A DNA stretch of 64,000 nucleotides from assembly GCF_036365525.1 (NCBI RefSeq), contig NC_090378.1:122187593-122251592 (forward strand). Direction: 5' to 3'. This document shows, piece by piece, positions 43,201-55,789 of the stretch. How positions within the stretch are numbered: position 1 is the stretch's first letter; each line of letters starts with the position of its first letter. Source of the stretch: Heterodontus francisci. Taxonomy: Eukaryota. The translations under genes were made by a program, and so were the position numbers. The notes beneath the pieces are model-generated. The model searched no databases, had not been told where the DNA came from, and saw only the letters and a program-made list of their open reading frames with translations.

Positions 43201-46200
43201 CGCCCCGGCTGGAGACTGCACTGGATGAATCGAGCCCTGGCTGAAGACTGAACTGGATGAATGGAGCCCTGGCTGGAGACTGCACTGGATCAATGGCGGG
43301 CTGGCTGGAGACTGCACTGGATGAATGGAGCCCTGGCTGCAGACTGCAATGGATGAATGGAGCCCTGGCTGAAGACTGAACTGGATGAATGGAGGGCTGG
43401 CTGGAGACTGCACTGGATGAATGGAGCCCTGGATGCAGACTGCACTGGATGAATGGAGCCCTGGCTGAAGACTGAACTGGATGAATGGAGCCCTGGCTGG
43501 AGACTGCACTGGATGAATGGAGCCCTGGCTGGAGACTGCACTGGATGAATGGAGCCCTGGCTAGAGACTGCACTGAATGAATGGAGCCTTGGCTGGAGAC
43601 GGCACTGGATGAATGGAGCCCTGGCTGGAGACTGCACTGGATGAATGGAGCCCTGGCTTTAGACTGCACTGGACGAATGGAGCCCTGGCTCGAGACTGCA
43701 CTGGATGAATGGAGCCCTGACTGGAGACGGCACTGGATGAACGGAGCCCTGACTGGAGACTGCACTGGATGAATGGAGCCCTGGCTGGAGACTGCACTGG
43801 ATGAATGGAGCCCTGGCTAGAGACTGCACTGAATGAATGGAGCCTTGGCTGGAGACGGCACTGGATGAATGGAGCCCTGGCTGGAGACTGCACTGGATGA
43901 ATGGAGCCCTGACTTGAGACGGCACTGGATGAATCGAGCCCTGGCTGAAGACTGAACTGGATGAATGGAGCCCTGTCTTGAGACTGCACTGGATGAATGG
44001 AGTCTTGGCTGGAGACGGCACTGGATGAACGGAGCCCTGGCTGGAGTTGCACTGGATGAGTGGAGGGCTGGCTGGAGACTGCACTGAATGAATGGAGCCC
44101 TGGCTGCAGACGGCACTGGATGAATGGAGCCCTGGCTGAAGACAGCACTGGATGAATGGAGCCCTGGCTGGAGACGGCACTCGATGAATGGAGACCTGGC
44201 TGGAGACTGCTCTGGATGAATGGAGCCCTGACTGGAGACTGCACTGGATGAATTGAGCCCTGGCTGGAGACTGCACTGCATGAATGGAGCCCTGGCTAGA
44301 TATTGTACTGAATGAATGGAGCCTTGGCTGGAGACGGCACTGGATGAATGGAGCCCTGGCTGGAGACTGCACTGGATGAATGGAGCCCTGGCTGGAGACT
44401 GCACTGGACGAATGGAGCCCTGGCTTGAGACTGCATTGGATGAATGGAGCCCTGACTGGAGACGGCACTGGATGAACGGAGCCCTGACTGGAGACTGCAC
44501 TGGATGAATGGAGCCCTGGCTGGAGACTGCACTGGATGAATGGAGCCCTGACTGGAGACTGCACTCGATGAATTGAGCCCTGGCTGGAGACTGCACTGCA
44601 TGAATGGAGCCCTGGCTAGAGAATGCACTGGATGAATGGAGCCCTGACTTGTGATGGCACTGGATGAATCGAGCCCTGGCTGAAGACTGAACTGGATGAA
44701 TGGAGCCCGGACTGGAGACGGCACTGGACGAACGGAGCCCTGACTGGAGACTGCACTGGATGAATGGTGCCCTGGCTGGAGACTGCACTGGATGAATGGA
44801 GCCTTGACCGGAGATTGCACTGGATGAATGGAGACCTGGCTGGAGACTGAACTGGATGAATGGAGCCGTGACTGGAGATGGCACTGGATGAACTGAGCCC
44901 TGACTGGAGACTGCACTGGATGAATGGAGCCCTGGCTGAAGACTTCACTGGATGAATGGAGCCATTGCTGGAAACGGCACTGGATGAACGGAGCCGTGGC
45001 TGGAGACTGCACTGGATGAGTGGAGGGCTGGCTGGAGCCTGCACTGGATGAATGGAGCCCTGGCTGCAGACGGCACTGGATGAATGGAGACCTGGCTGGA
45101 GACTGCACTGAATGAATGGAGCCCTGACTGGAGACTGCACTGGATGAATTGAGCCCTGGCTGGAGACTGCACTGCATGAATGGAGCCCTGGCTGGAGACT
45201 GCACTGGATGAATGGAGCCCCGGATGGAGACTGCACTGGATGAATTGAGCCCAGGCTGAAGACTGAACTGGATGAATGGAGCCCTGGCCGGAGACTGCAC
45301 TGGATGAATGGCGGGCTGGCTGGAGACTGCACTGGATGAATGGAGCCCTGGCTGCAGACTGCACTGGATGAATGGAGCCCTGGCTGAAGACTGAACTGGA
45401 TGAATGAGGGCTGGCTGGAGACTGCACTGGATGAATGGAGCCCTGGCTGCAGACTGCACTGGATGAATGGAGCCCTGGCTGGAGACTGCACTGGATAAAT
45501 GGAGCCTTGACCGGAGACTGCACTGGATGAATGGAGCCTTGGCTGGAGACTGCACTGGATGAATGGAGCCCTGGCTGGAGATGACACTGGATGAATCGAG
45601 CCCTGGCTGAAGACTGAAGTGGATGAATGGAGCCCTGACACAAGACGGCACTGGATGAATGTTGCCCTGACTGGAGACTGCTCTGGATGAATGGAGCCTT
45701 GACCGGAGACTGCACTGGATGAATGGAGCCCTGGCTGGAGACTGCACTGGATGAATGGAGCCCTCGCTGAAGACTGAACTGGATGAATGGAGCCCTGACT
45801 TGAGACGGCACTGGATGAATGGAGCCCTGGCTGAAGACTGAACAGGATGAATGGAGCCCTGGCTTGAGACCGCACTGGATGAATGGAGCCCTGGCTGAAG
45901 ACTTAACTGGATGAATGGAGCCCTGGCTGGAGACTGCACTGGATGAATGGAGCCCTGGCTGAAGACTGCACTGGATGAATGGAGCCATGGCTGGAAACGG
46001 CACTGGATGAAGGGAGCCCTGGCTGGAGACTGCACTGGATGAGTGGAGGGCTGGCTGGAGCCTGCACTGGATGAATGGAGCCCTGGCTGCAGACGGCACT
46101 GGATGAATGGAGCCCTGGCTGAAGACAGCACTGGATGAATGGAGCCCTGGCTGGAGACGGCACTGGATGAATGGAGACCTGGCTGGAGACTGCACTGGAT

Positions 46201-48239
46201 GAATGGAGCCCTGACTGGAGACTGCACTAGATGAATTGAGCCCTGGCTGGAGACTGCACTGCATGAATGGAGCCCTGGCTAGAGACTGCACTGAATGAAT
46301 GGAGCCTTGGCTGGAGACGGCACTGGATGAATGGAGCCCTGGCTGGAGACTGCACTGGATGAATGGAGCCCTGGCTGGAGACTGCACTGGACGAATGGAG
46401 CCCTGGCTCGAGACTGCACTGGATGAATGGAGCCCTGACTGGAGACGGCACTGGATGAACGGAGCCCTGACTGGAGACTGCACTGGATGAATGGAGCCAT
46501 GGCTAGAGACTGCACTGGATGAATGGAGCCTTGACCGGAGACTGCACTGGATGAATGGAGCCCTGGCTGAAGACAGAACTGGATGAATGGAGCCCTGACT
46601 GGAGACGGCACTGGATGAACGGAGCCCTGACTGGAGACTGCACTGGATGAATGGACCCCTGGCTGGAGACGGCACTGGATGAACGGAGCCCTGACTGGAG
46701 ATTGCACTGGATGAATGGAGCCCTGACTGGAGACTGCACTGGATGAATGGAGCCCTGGCTGGAGACGGCACTGAATGAACGGAGCCCTGACTGGAGACTG
46801 CACTGGATGAATGGAGCCCTGGCTGGAGACTGCACTGCATGAATGGAGCCCTGGCTAGAGACTGCACTGGATGAATGGAGCCTTGACCGGAGACTGCACT
46901 GGATGAATGGAGCCCTGGCTGAAGACAGAACTGGATGAATGGAGCCCTGACTGGAGATGGCACTGGATGAACGGAGCCCTGACTGGAGACTGCACTGGAT
47001 GAATGGACCCCTGGCTGGAGACGGCACTGGATGAACGGAGCCCTGACTGGAGATTGCACTGGATGAATGGAGCCCTGACTGGAGACTGCACTGGATGAAT
47101 GGAGCCCTGGCTGGAGACGGCAGTGAATGAACGGAGCCCTGACTGGAGACTGCACTGGATGAATTGAGCCCCGGCTGGAGACTGCACTGGATGAATTGTG
47201 CTCTGGCTGCAGACTGAACTGGATGAATGGAGCCCTGGCTGGAGACTGCACTGGATGAATGGAGCCCTCGCTGAAGACTGAACTGGATGAATGGAGCCCT
47301 GACTGGAGACGGCACTGGATGAATGGACCCCTGGCTGGAGACGCCACTGGATGAACGGAGCCCTGACTGGAGATTGCACTGGATGAATGGAGCCCTGACT
47401 GGAGACTGCACTGGATGAATGGAGCCCTGGCTGGAGACGGCACTGAATGAACGGAGCCCTGACTGGAGACTGCACTGGATGAATTGAGCCCCGGCTGGAG
47501 ACTGCACTGGATGAATTGTGCTCTGGATGCAGACTGCACTGGATGAATGGAGCCCTGGCTGGAGACTGCACTGGATGAATGGAGCCCCGGATGGAGACTG
47601 CACTGGATGAATTGAGCCCAGGCTGAAGACTGAACTGGATGAATGGAGCCCTGGCTGGAGACTGCACTGGATGAATGGCGGGCTGGCTGGAGACTGCACT
47701 TGATGAATGGAGCCCTGGCTGCAGACTGCACTGGATGAATGGAGCCCTGGCTGAAGACTGAACTGGATGAATGAGGGCTGGCTGGAGACTGCACTGGATG
47801 AATGGAGCCCTGGCTGCAGACTGCACTGGATGAATGGAGCCCTGGCTGAAGACTGAACTGGAAGAATGGAGCCCTGGCTGGAGACTGCACTGGATGAATG
47901 GAGCCCTGGCTGGAGACTGCACTGGATGAATGGAGCCCTGGCTGGAGACGGCACTGGATGAACGGAGCCCTGACTGGAGACTGCACTGGATGAATGGAGC
48001 CCTGACTGGAGACTGCACTGGATGAATGGAGCCCTGGCTGGAGACGGCACTGGATGAATGGAGCCCTGACTGGAGACTGCACTGGATGAATGGAGCCCCG
48101 GCTGGAGACTGCACTGGATGAATTGTGCTCTGGCTGGAGACTGCACTGGATGAATGGAGCCCTGGCTGGAGACTGCACTGGATGAATGGAGCCCCGGCTG
48201 GAGACTGCACTGGATGAATTGCGCTCTGTCTGGAGACTG
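28250..48239. repeat. 32-bp tandem satellite, consensus GGATGAATGGAGCCCTGGCTGGAGACTGCACT, ~625 copies
   Basis: Tandem units are visible directly, with point variants and rare 31-bp units. The - strand consensus has no stop codon in any frame, which explains the many spurious ORFs. Confidence 0.98.
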
Positions 48240-48371
48240 ATGAGTATAGACGTTACTGCAAACACTGAGCCATGGCTGATACTTTACATGCAGCAAGGGT
48301 TCGAGTGAAATTCCACCATTGTCTTAGAAATTGGGCAGGAACTGGCGCACTCCGGATCTATAGACTCCTGT

Positions 48372-48815
48372 CTTCAATGACTGAGCATCCACTGCTCTCT
48401 GGGAAACAGAATTCCAAAGATTCACAGCCCCTTGAGTGAAGAACTTTCTCCTGATCTCAATCCGAAATGGCCGACCCCTTATTCTGAGACTGTGACCCCT
48501 AGTTCTAGATTCCCCAGCCAGGGGAAAACATCCTCCCAGTATCTACCCTGTCAATCACATTAAAAATTGTATATCTTTCAATCAGATCACCTCTCATTCT
48601 TCTACATTTCAGGGAATAATATCCCAGTCTACTCAATCTCTCCTCATAGGACAATCCCCTCATCCCAGGAATCAGTCTGGTGAATCTTTGCTGCTCTCCT
48701 TCCAAGGCCAGAATATCCTTCCTTTGGTAAAGAGACCAAAACTGTCCACAGTTCACCAGGTGTGGTCTCAGAAAGGTCCGATCCAACTGCAATAAGACTT
48801 CTTCACTCTTCCATG
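48372..48815 (-). mobile_element. CR1-type LINE, 3' fragment of ORF2
   Basis: ORF 48505..48915(-) contains EVLLQLDRTFLRPHL...QFWS...RFTRLIPGMRGLSYEERLSRLGYYSL...RRMRGDLIE, a typical CR1 ORF2 C-terminus. Confidence 0.88.
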
Positions 48816-48834
48816 TACAGGAGCTGACACAGAG

Positions 48835-48945
48835 TCTCTGTCTCTCTCTCTCCATCTCACTCCCTCTCACTCCCTCCCTCTCTCTCTCCATCTCACTCTC
48901 TTTCTCTCTCTCCATCTCACTCCTTCTCTTTCTCTCTCAATCTCT
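48835..48945. repeat. CT-rich low-complexity microsatellite
   Basis: (TC)n and TCCATCTCACTC repeats are visible. Confidence 0.85.
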
Positions 48946-49235
48946 ATCCTGTCTTCTACCTCTGAAGGTGTTCTATGGGTGTGAGTGTTTAATATAAGGT
49001 GGTGTTTGTCAGTATATTTTCTCTACGGTATGGTTTATGAACATGGTGAGAGGGGATTAGGGGTCTGTTCTTTGATGTGAGGCAGTGATGTCTGTCCCAG
49101 TGACTCAGACTGTGATGCTGTTGTTTTCTGTGACTGACACTATGATATCGATTGTAATTTCACTCAGTGTGACAGGAGGTTACATGGCTTGATCAGTGGT
49201 GAGGGCGGAGCAGCCTGAACAAGGAGCTGTAATCA

Positions 49236-49326
49236 TCAGTCACTGCCGAACACCTTCACACACACCGCACAGTCCGGAAACTTCTTCACTAAATATTCTT
49301 TCAGCTCCTTAATTATAGCCCTGGAC
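49236..49326 (-). CDS. Candidate 3' terminal coding exon of an unidentified gene (...SRAIIKELKEYLVKKFPDCAVCVKVFGSD*)
   Basis: On the - strand a strong polypyrimidine tract and acceptor (tctttctctttttcccttttcag|G) precedes a 91-nt phase-2 frame ending TGA TGA. It lies in non-repetitive sequence, with ATTAAA ~245 nt further on (plus-strand tttaat 48988-48993). I recognise no homologue. Confidence 0.4.
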
Positions 49327-49569
49327 CTGAAAAGGGAAAAAGAGAAAGACATCTTTTAGAGAGGGTCCTGGACACAATGTAGACTGTGCATTACCCACTA
49401 ATGACACTACGTCCACATTTAACTCATTGTTTAAACTCCAGCACACCTCCTGTTCAAATCCACATGTTTCAGCCAAAAAGCAGTATAATTCTACAGCACA
49501 GGAGGAGGCCGTTCAGCCCCTCGTCTTTCTTCCATCTGTTTGCTCGAGTAATTCACGACTAACATCTCA

Positions 49570-49892
49570 GTTTAATATCTGTTTTGGGGAAGTTATTTGA
49601 ATCTGTTATTAGGGACAGAATGACTGACAAATATAAACTGATCAGAGAGAGTCAGCACGGATTTAAAAAGGGTGAAACATGTTTAACTAATCGAGTTGTA
49701 TTTTTTGAAGAGGTCACTAATGTGGTAGATAAGGGAATGTCTATGGATGTTATTTATATGGATTTCCAGAAGGCATTTGAGAAGGTTCCACACAAGAGAC
49801 TGTTCGCAAAATCGAAGCATATGGAATGTGAGGAAACCTTTTGACATGGGTAAGGAATTGGTTAGGAGGTAGGAGACAGAGAGTAGGGATAA
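49570..49892 (+). mobile_element. CR1-type LINE, N-terminal part of the reverse transcriptase domain
   Basis: ORF 49584..49844 reads GKLFESVIRD...SQHGFKKGETCLTN...FFEEVT...DVIYMDFQKAFEKVPH. After a frameshift it continues WVRNWLGGRRQRVGI. Confidence 0.9.
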
Positions 49893-50325
49893 TGTGAGGC
49901 AAGATGAGGCAACATCGAGGTTTTGCTGGAACAGGAGCCAATGTCGGTCAGTGATCACAGTGATGGGGGAATGTGACATGGTCTGGGTTCAGACATGGGC
50001 AGCAGAGTTTTGGATCAGCTCTAGTTTACAGAGGATGGTAACTGTGATGCGGTCAGGAGAACATTGGAATAGTCAAGTCTAGAGGTAACAAAGGCATGGA
50101 TGAGTGTTTCAGCAGTAGATGAGCTGAGGCAGGGAGGACTCGGGCGAGGTTACGGAGGTGGAAATAGGTGGTTTTAATGATGATGTGGTTTATGTGGTCA
50201 GTAACACATCTCAGGGTCAAATACAACACCATGGCTGTGAACTACCTGGTTCAGTCTCAGACAGTCCCTGGGAGAGGGATGGAATCAGTGGCTCGGGAAT
50301 GGAGTTTGTGACGGGGACCGAAGAC
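49893..50325 (-). mobile_element. L2-type LINE ORF2 fragment inside the CR1 copy
   Basis: The - strand near 50050-50133 reads CLSSSTAETLIHAFVTSRLDYSNVLL, the L2 'LIHAFVTSRLDYCN' motif. Confidence 0.8.
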
Positions 50326-51130
50326 AATGGCAGATGGAGTTCAATGTGGACAGTGTGAGGTCATCCAGTTTGGACCTGAGAAAGATAAATCAAAGTAATT
50401 TCTAAATGGTGAGAAGCTGGGAACTGTGGAGGAACAGAGAGATTTAGGGGTCCAAGTACAGAAAGCATTAAAATCTAGTGACAGGTATAAAATATATTGA
50501 ATAAGGCTAATGGAATGTTAGTCTTTCTATCAAGGGGACTGGAATACAAAGGGGTTTTACTCCAGTTGTATAAAGCTCTGGTTTAACTGCATCTGGAGTA
50601 ACTGTGTTCAGTTCTGGGCCCCACACCTCAGGAAGGAGAGATTGGCCTTGGAGGGGGTGCAGCACAGATTCACCAGAATGATACCGGGACTGAAAGGGTT
50701 AAATTATCAGGACAGACTGTATAGACTAGGCTTGTATTCCCTTGAGTTTAGAGAATTTAGGGATGATCTCAATGAGGTATTTAAGATGAATAAAGGATTA
50801 AGATGATTCAGAGAGATGGAGAGAAACTGTTTCCTCTGGTGAGGGAGTCGAGAACAAGGGGACATAATCTTAATATTAGAGCTCGGGGTGATGTCAGGAG
50901 GCATTTCTTCACATGAAGGCGAGTGGAAATCGGGAACTCTCTCCCTCATAAAGCTGTTGAGGCTGAAGATCAATTTAAACATTTAACAATGAGCTTGATA
51001 GATTTTGTTGGGTCGGAGTATTGTGGGTTATGCAACCAAGGCAGGGAGATGGAGATCAGAGACAGATCAGATGATCAAACTGGAGGATAGAACAGGCTCG
51101 ATGGGCTGAACAGCCTCCTCCTGTTCCTAT
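50326..51130 (+). mobile_element. CR1-type LINE, 3' part of ORF2 and 3' tail
   Basis: Degenerate WQMEFNVD.CEVIQFG, QRDLGVQV, LLQLYKALV, CVQFWAPHLRK and FTRMIPGLKGLNYQDRLYRLGLYSLEFR. Ends in the tail-like gctcgatgggctgaacagcctcctcctgttcctat. Confidence 0.88.
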
Positions 51131-51359
51131 ATTCCCAATCCCACTACCCTGCTCTATCCCCACAGTCCTGTATTCTCCTCAGATTCACATGTTTATTGAA
51201 TTGTGTCAGTCTCCGATCTGTCCCTTCCCTGATCCATCTCCCCGAGTCTTTGTCTGGTCTCCTCCCTGTTTGTCAAACCTCTCCTTCTGTGTAATCAGCG
51301 CATTCCAATGATCGTGCTCCCTCTGTCCAAGACCAAATCATCGATATATATCAGCAACA

Positions 51360-52005
51360 AGTCACCTCTTTAATGTAGAGAAACATCGCACGCCACCTCA
51401 CATGACATCAGGAAAACAGACACAAGTAATACAGAGAGATTAGGAGGGGTGACCAAATGCTTGGTTAAAGATGTGGGTTTTAAGGAGGGTGAAGTGTTTC
51501 AAGGAGACCAAGGTTAAAGGAGGTTCGAGATACGGGGGTGGGTCAAGACTACGGAGGGATTTCAATCCAGAGAGTAGAATTTTACATTGAAATTTGAGGG
51601 TGTTTGGGGATGGAAGCCCAATGTAGGTCAGCATGGACGGGGGTGATGGTGAACAGGACTTGGTTTGGAACAGGATATAGAGAGCAGAGCTTCGGATGAG
51701 CTGAAGAATACAGAGAGTGGAGGATGGCAGTCTGGTCAGGAGAACACTGGAATAGTAAAGTTAGAGGTGACAAAGACATGAAGAAGAGTTTCAGTAGTGG
51801 AAGGAGTGAGGGAGGGGCAGAGATGGGCAATGTTACAGAGGGGGAAGTGGATAATCATTGAGATGTGGAGGATTTGGGGTCAGATCAGGGTCAAAGATGA
51901 GGCTAAGGATGTAAAGAGTCTGGTTCGGCAGCAGACAGTGCTCAGGGAGAGGGATGGAGTTTGTACCAGGAACTGAAGACAATGGCTTTGATCTTCCCAA
52001 TGTGT
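51360..52005 (-). mobile_element. L2-type LINE 3' fragment
   Basis: The - strand gives TTETLLHVFVTS and LLKTHIFNQAFG (ORF 51440..51634). It is clearly paralogous to 49893-50325. Confidence 0.75.
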
Positions 52006-52245
52006 TCCCCAGTGAGACTGGGTCCTCAGTGCTGACTGGTCTTAGCTGCTGTTATTTTCACTGATTGGACGGTTATTATTAGAGACTCCGACCACAGCAG
52101 AAATCCCCAATGTAAAAAATAACTGCAAAGACTGTCAGATCGGAAGATTGAAACTTAACTAACAGAGGAAGTGAAAGAAGGAGCTCGGAGCAGCTGGACG
52201 TTTGTTAATGACACGGGAGAAAACTGTGAACCGCACACACTACCT

Positions 52246-52378
52246 AGAATCTTACAGCACAGAAGGAGGCCATTCAGCCCATCGTGCCTGTGAGCTACCC
52301 AATTACTCCCACTGCCCCTCTCCAGCCCCATAACCCAGCAAATCTTTCCTTTTCAGGTCTATCTCCAATTCCCTCTTG
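52246..52378 (-). mobile_element. CR1-like or SINE-shared 3' tail fragment
   Basis: tacagcacagaaggaggccattcagcccatcg resembles the reverse complement of the CR1 tail at ~51100. A shorter copy lies at ~49490-49525. Confidence 0.55.
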
Positions 52379-52384
52379 TAGACC

Positions 52385-53376
52385 TGGGCCCACAGTATGA
52401 GACTGTCCCTAACCCGGACTCGAAATTGGCATCGCATTCATTCATTGGAAGACAAAATGCCTGGTGTGGGAAATGGAGCTCAGGACTCGGAACATTCCCT
52501 CTCCCCTCCTGAGGGACACTTCATGCTGGGGTTACAGTTCCATGGACCCCGACAGCACATTCCTACCTCACCCACTTCCCCATTCTGTGGGTGAACAATA
52601 TGGTGGTCACACATGTGGTCCCCGTGCCGCCATGCTACCACGATCGACCGCACGGCGGCCCAACATAAAACGATGGTCGTGCTGCCCCCTCAATCACGTG
52701 GAGGGTGGGTGCTCTGCCATGCTGGCAACAGCATCAGCTGCCTTTACACAGGTGCTGGTGCCATTTTGAAAGGACAGCCAGTCCTGCTGCTACATTTACA
52801 TTTTTAATGGCCTAACCCCTCCCCACCCAATGAACTGCAAAATAAACTCTCGCCCCTTCCCCCCAATAACAATTAAATGTAATGGTTGTCCTCCTCTCCC
52901 CCAACAAAACACTTACCTGCAAGACTTGACCTTCCCCCCAAACTGATCAAAGTTCAGAGGTCACCCCTTCCCACCCTCCCCTACACTATTAATGCTGATT
53001 GGACCCTGAACCCCCTCTCACTGCACTAAAGATCCTAAGTCTCCCCCCATCCCCACCTCGGTGGTGCTAGTTTTCCCTGGACGGGGAAGTGAAGGTGTGA
53101 GTGCCGGCCGCCGCTCGGAAGATCGCGGGCAGCCGGGAAGATTGCTGTTGATTTTATTTAAATTTATTCATTTACTTAATTTAAATATGTAAAGTCGGAT
53201 CCCGTCACCCAGCAGCGGAGGGACCGCCCCAGAGCCACGTCACCACCAGGAAGATCGGGTCCGACACTCCTGGCGTTGGACTCCGTGTCCGGCCGCTGTC
53301 AGAATGATCTTCCGGCCCCCCCGCCACCATCCCCCGCCACGGATCCCGACATCGGGACCTCAACAAAATCCCAGCC
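52385..53376. mobile_element. Non-autonomous DNA transposon (MITE/Harbinger-like)
   Basis: The last ~230 bp (AT-rich block, then GC-rich block, then aaaatcccagcc) visibly match 56880-57092. The left boundary is uncertain. Confidence 0.5.
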
Positions 53377-53464
53377 TACATGTGTAAACCTGGACCCTGT
53401 TAGCAGGATATTTGACTGCAGGGGCCATCACAACTGTGTCCAATTCTGTCCCCACCTGAAATCC

Positions 53465-54100
53465 ACACACAACTTGCATTTATATAGCACCTTTAAAGTA
53501 CAAAACATCACAAGATGCTTCACAGAGCCACAGTAAGAGGAACGGGGTAGGGGGTGAGGAGTCTTTCGGAAGAGTGCTCAAAGTCTTGGGTGAAAGGATG
53601 GAGTTTGATGGAGCAGAGAGAGACCTGGAGAGGGGGAGGGATTAATGGCGGGAGTTCAGAGAGCAGGGGCGAGGCATCTGAAGGCTCTGCTGTCAATGAT
53701 GGGATGAAGGAAGCAGCGATGGGCAGGAGAGGCGAGTTAGAAGATGGAAGAGTGAGGGAGGGAATGTGAGTCTGCAGCAGGAGGCAGAGGGTAGGGAGGA
53801 GGGAAACAGAGGTCAGTGAGGTCAGGGTAGTAGGTCAGTGAGGTCAGGGGTCGTGTTGGAATGGCACTTGGTGTCAGACAGTGTACTGACCACTGCATTT
53901 CAGACAAGTCGGGGTTTTTGGAGAGTGGATGAAGGAAGCCGGCAGCGGACATGGGAATAATCAAGTTTGGAGACAAGATGAGCAGGGATAAGGGTTTGTG
54001 TGGTCAAGGGGCTGATGGAGTGTAGAGACAGGCAATGTTGTGGGGATAGAAATAAGAGGCTCACATGATGGAGAGGATGTGGGGTTTGAAGCTCAACTAC
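53465..54100 (-). mobile_element. Highly degenerate L2-like LINE 3' fragment
   Basis: Starts with the tail-like aacttgcatttatatagcacctttaa. Patchy similarity to 51360-52005. Confidence 0.45.
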
Positions 54101-54107
54101 TTTAGCC

Positions 54108-54853
54108 CCAGTGGGAAGGAGGCCATTGTTTACTGGTCCCTACTGGAGGGCCAGTGGGAAGGAGGCCCATATTTACTGATCCCTACTGGAGGCCCAGTGG
54201 GTTGGAAGCCCATGTTTGCTGGTCCCTATTGGATGCCCAGTGGGATGGAAGCCCATGTTTACTGGTCCCTATTTGAGGGTCCAGTGGGAAGGAGGCCCAT
54301 GTTTACTGGTCCCTATTGAAGGGTCCAGTGGGAAGGAGGCCCATGTTTATTGGTCCCGATTGGAGGGTCCAGTGGGAAGGAGGCCCATGTTTGCTGGTCC
54401 CTATTGGATGCCCAGTGGGAAGGAGGCCCATGTTTACTGGTCCCTATTGGAGGGTCCAGTGGGAAGGAGGCCCATGTTTACTGGTCCCTATTGGAGGGTC
54501 CAGTGGGAAGGAGGCCCATGTTTACTGGTCCCTATTGGAGGCCCAGTGGGAAGGAGGTCCATGTTTGCTGGTCCCTATTGGAGGCCCAGTGGGAAGGAGG
54601 CCCATGTTTACTGGTCCCTATTGGATGCCCAGCAGGAAGGAGGCCCATGTTTACTGGTCCCTATTTGAGGGTGCAGTGGGAAGGAGGCCCATGTTTACTG
54701 GTCCCTATTGAAGGGTCCAGTGGGAAGGAGGCCCATGTTTATTGGTCCCGATTGGAGGGTCCAGTGGGAAGAAGGCCCATGTTTACCGTTCCCTATTGGA
54801 GGTCCAGTGAGAAGGAGGCCCATGTTTACTGGTCCCTATTGGAGGTCCAGTGG
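54108..54853. repeat. 43/44-bp minisatellite, CCAGTGGGAAGGAGGCCCATGTTTACTGGTCCCTATTGGAGGG(T), ~17 copies
   Basis: Tandem units are visible directly. Confidence 0.95.
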
Positions 54854-55789
54854 AACATGGTCACCATGGTTGATGTGAAGCAAAGCTCCTTTATGTTGTA
54901 AATGTGTGATTGTCGACCCCTCATCCCAGTAAAACTCCATGACCCGGAGCCTGACCATGGAAAGGGATGGAGACGGGAAGGGATTAGAACATGTTATGAG
55001 CTTACAGGATGGGGCAGTGGGTCAGACCCTGTCCTGTCCCTCCAGCTCACACTGATGGGGTGAGGATCTCCTCTCTCTGCTGGGCCTTCACGAAATGAGC
55101 TTTCTGTCCAAACCAGTCCCAGTGAGAATAGACCAACAGCACAGAACTGTCCTAAATTTAACAATAATCTGCCAGTCTTACTGAGAGAGGCCAAAGCATG
55201 GTCACTGTGGGGAATGGGGTCTTACTCCAGGAGAAGGCATGTTTCTGTGGTCAAGAATTAACATCCATTGGTGGGGCAGAACAGAGGGAGTTTTACCCTT
55301 CATTTAACTGCTCCACCTGGGAGACTGTGGGAAAGAGAGAGAGGTGGAGGCTGTGAGACAGAGTGAGAGAAAGAGAGAGGGGGAGGCATTTAACTGCTGC
55401 ACCAGGTCTCAAAGTGTTCCAGTCTCCAGTAATAACTCCTGTTATAGAGATCAGTTACAGAATTACAGAACAATGGAGGGTGGGAGAGAGAGATGAGTAG
55501 GCAGAGGAACAAAGACAGAGAGATAGAGACAGGGAAAGAGGGAGAGAGAAACGCAGTGGGAGAGAGAGACCAGAAATGAGGGAGAATGAGAAAGAGACAG
55601 AGCGACAGGGAGAAGAGCAAAACAGGGAGAGCGAGATGAGAAGAATGTGAAAGACAGATATGCAATGAGAGAGAGGAGGGTGAAAGTATAACTGAGAGAG
55701 ATACAGAGAGGTGGACGAACAGGGTGATAGAAATCCAAGGATGAATTTTATGAGTGTTGTCGGGATGGAGACTGTGCAGATGTGTCGTC

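Noticed and set aside
1-48239. CRISPR-array-like periodicity (36-bp and 32-bp units)
   Set aside because: Units are head-to-tail with no unique spacers, there are no cas genes, and the context is vertebrate.
28224-48296. Minus-strand Ser/Gln/Pro-rich ORFs up to 1106 aa
   Set aside because: They are the 32-bp unit read through a 96-nt cycle and are open in all three frames at once, which is a compositional artefact.
49236-49326. FPDC..V..FGS resembles the non-canonical poly(A) polymerase / TUTase nucleotidyltransferase motif
   Set aside because: Stops follow immediately and the downstream DxD catalytic motif is missing, so no family assignment is made.
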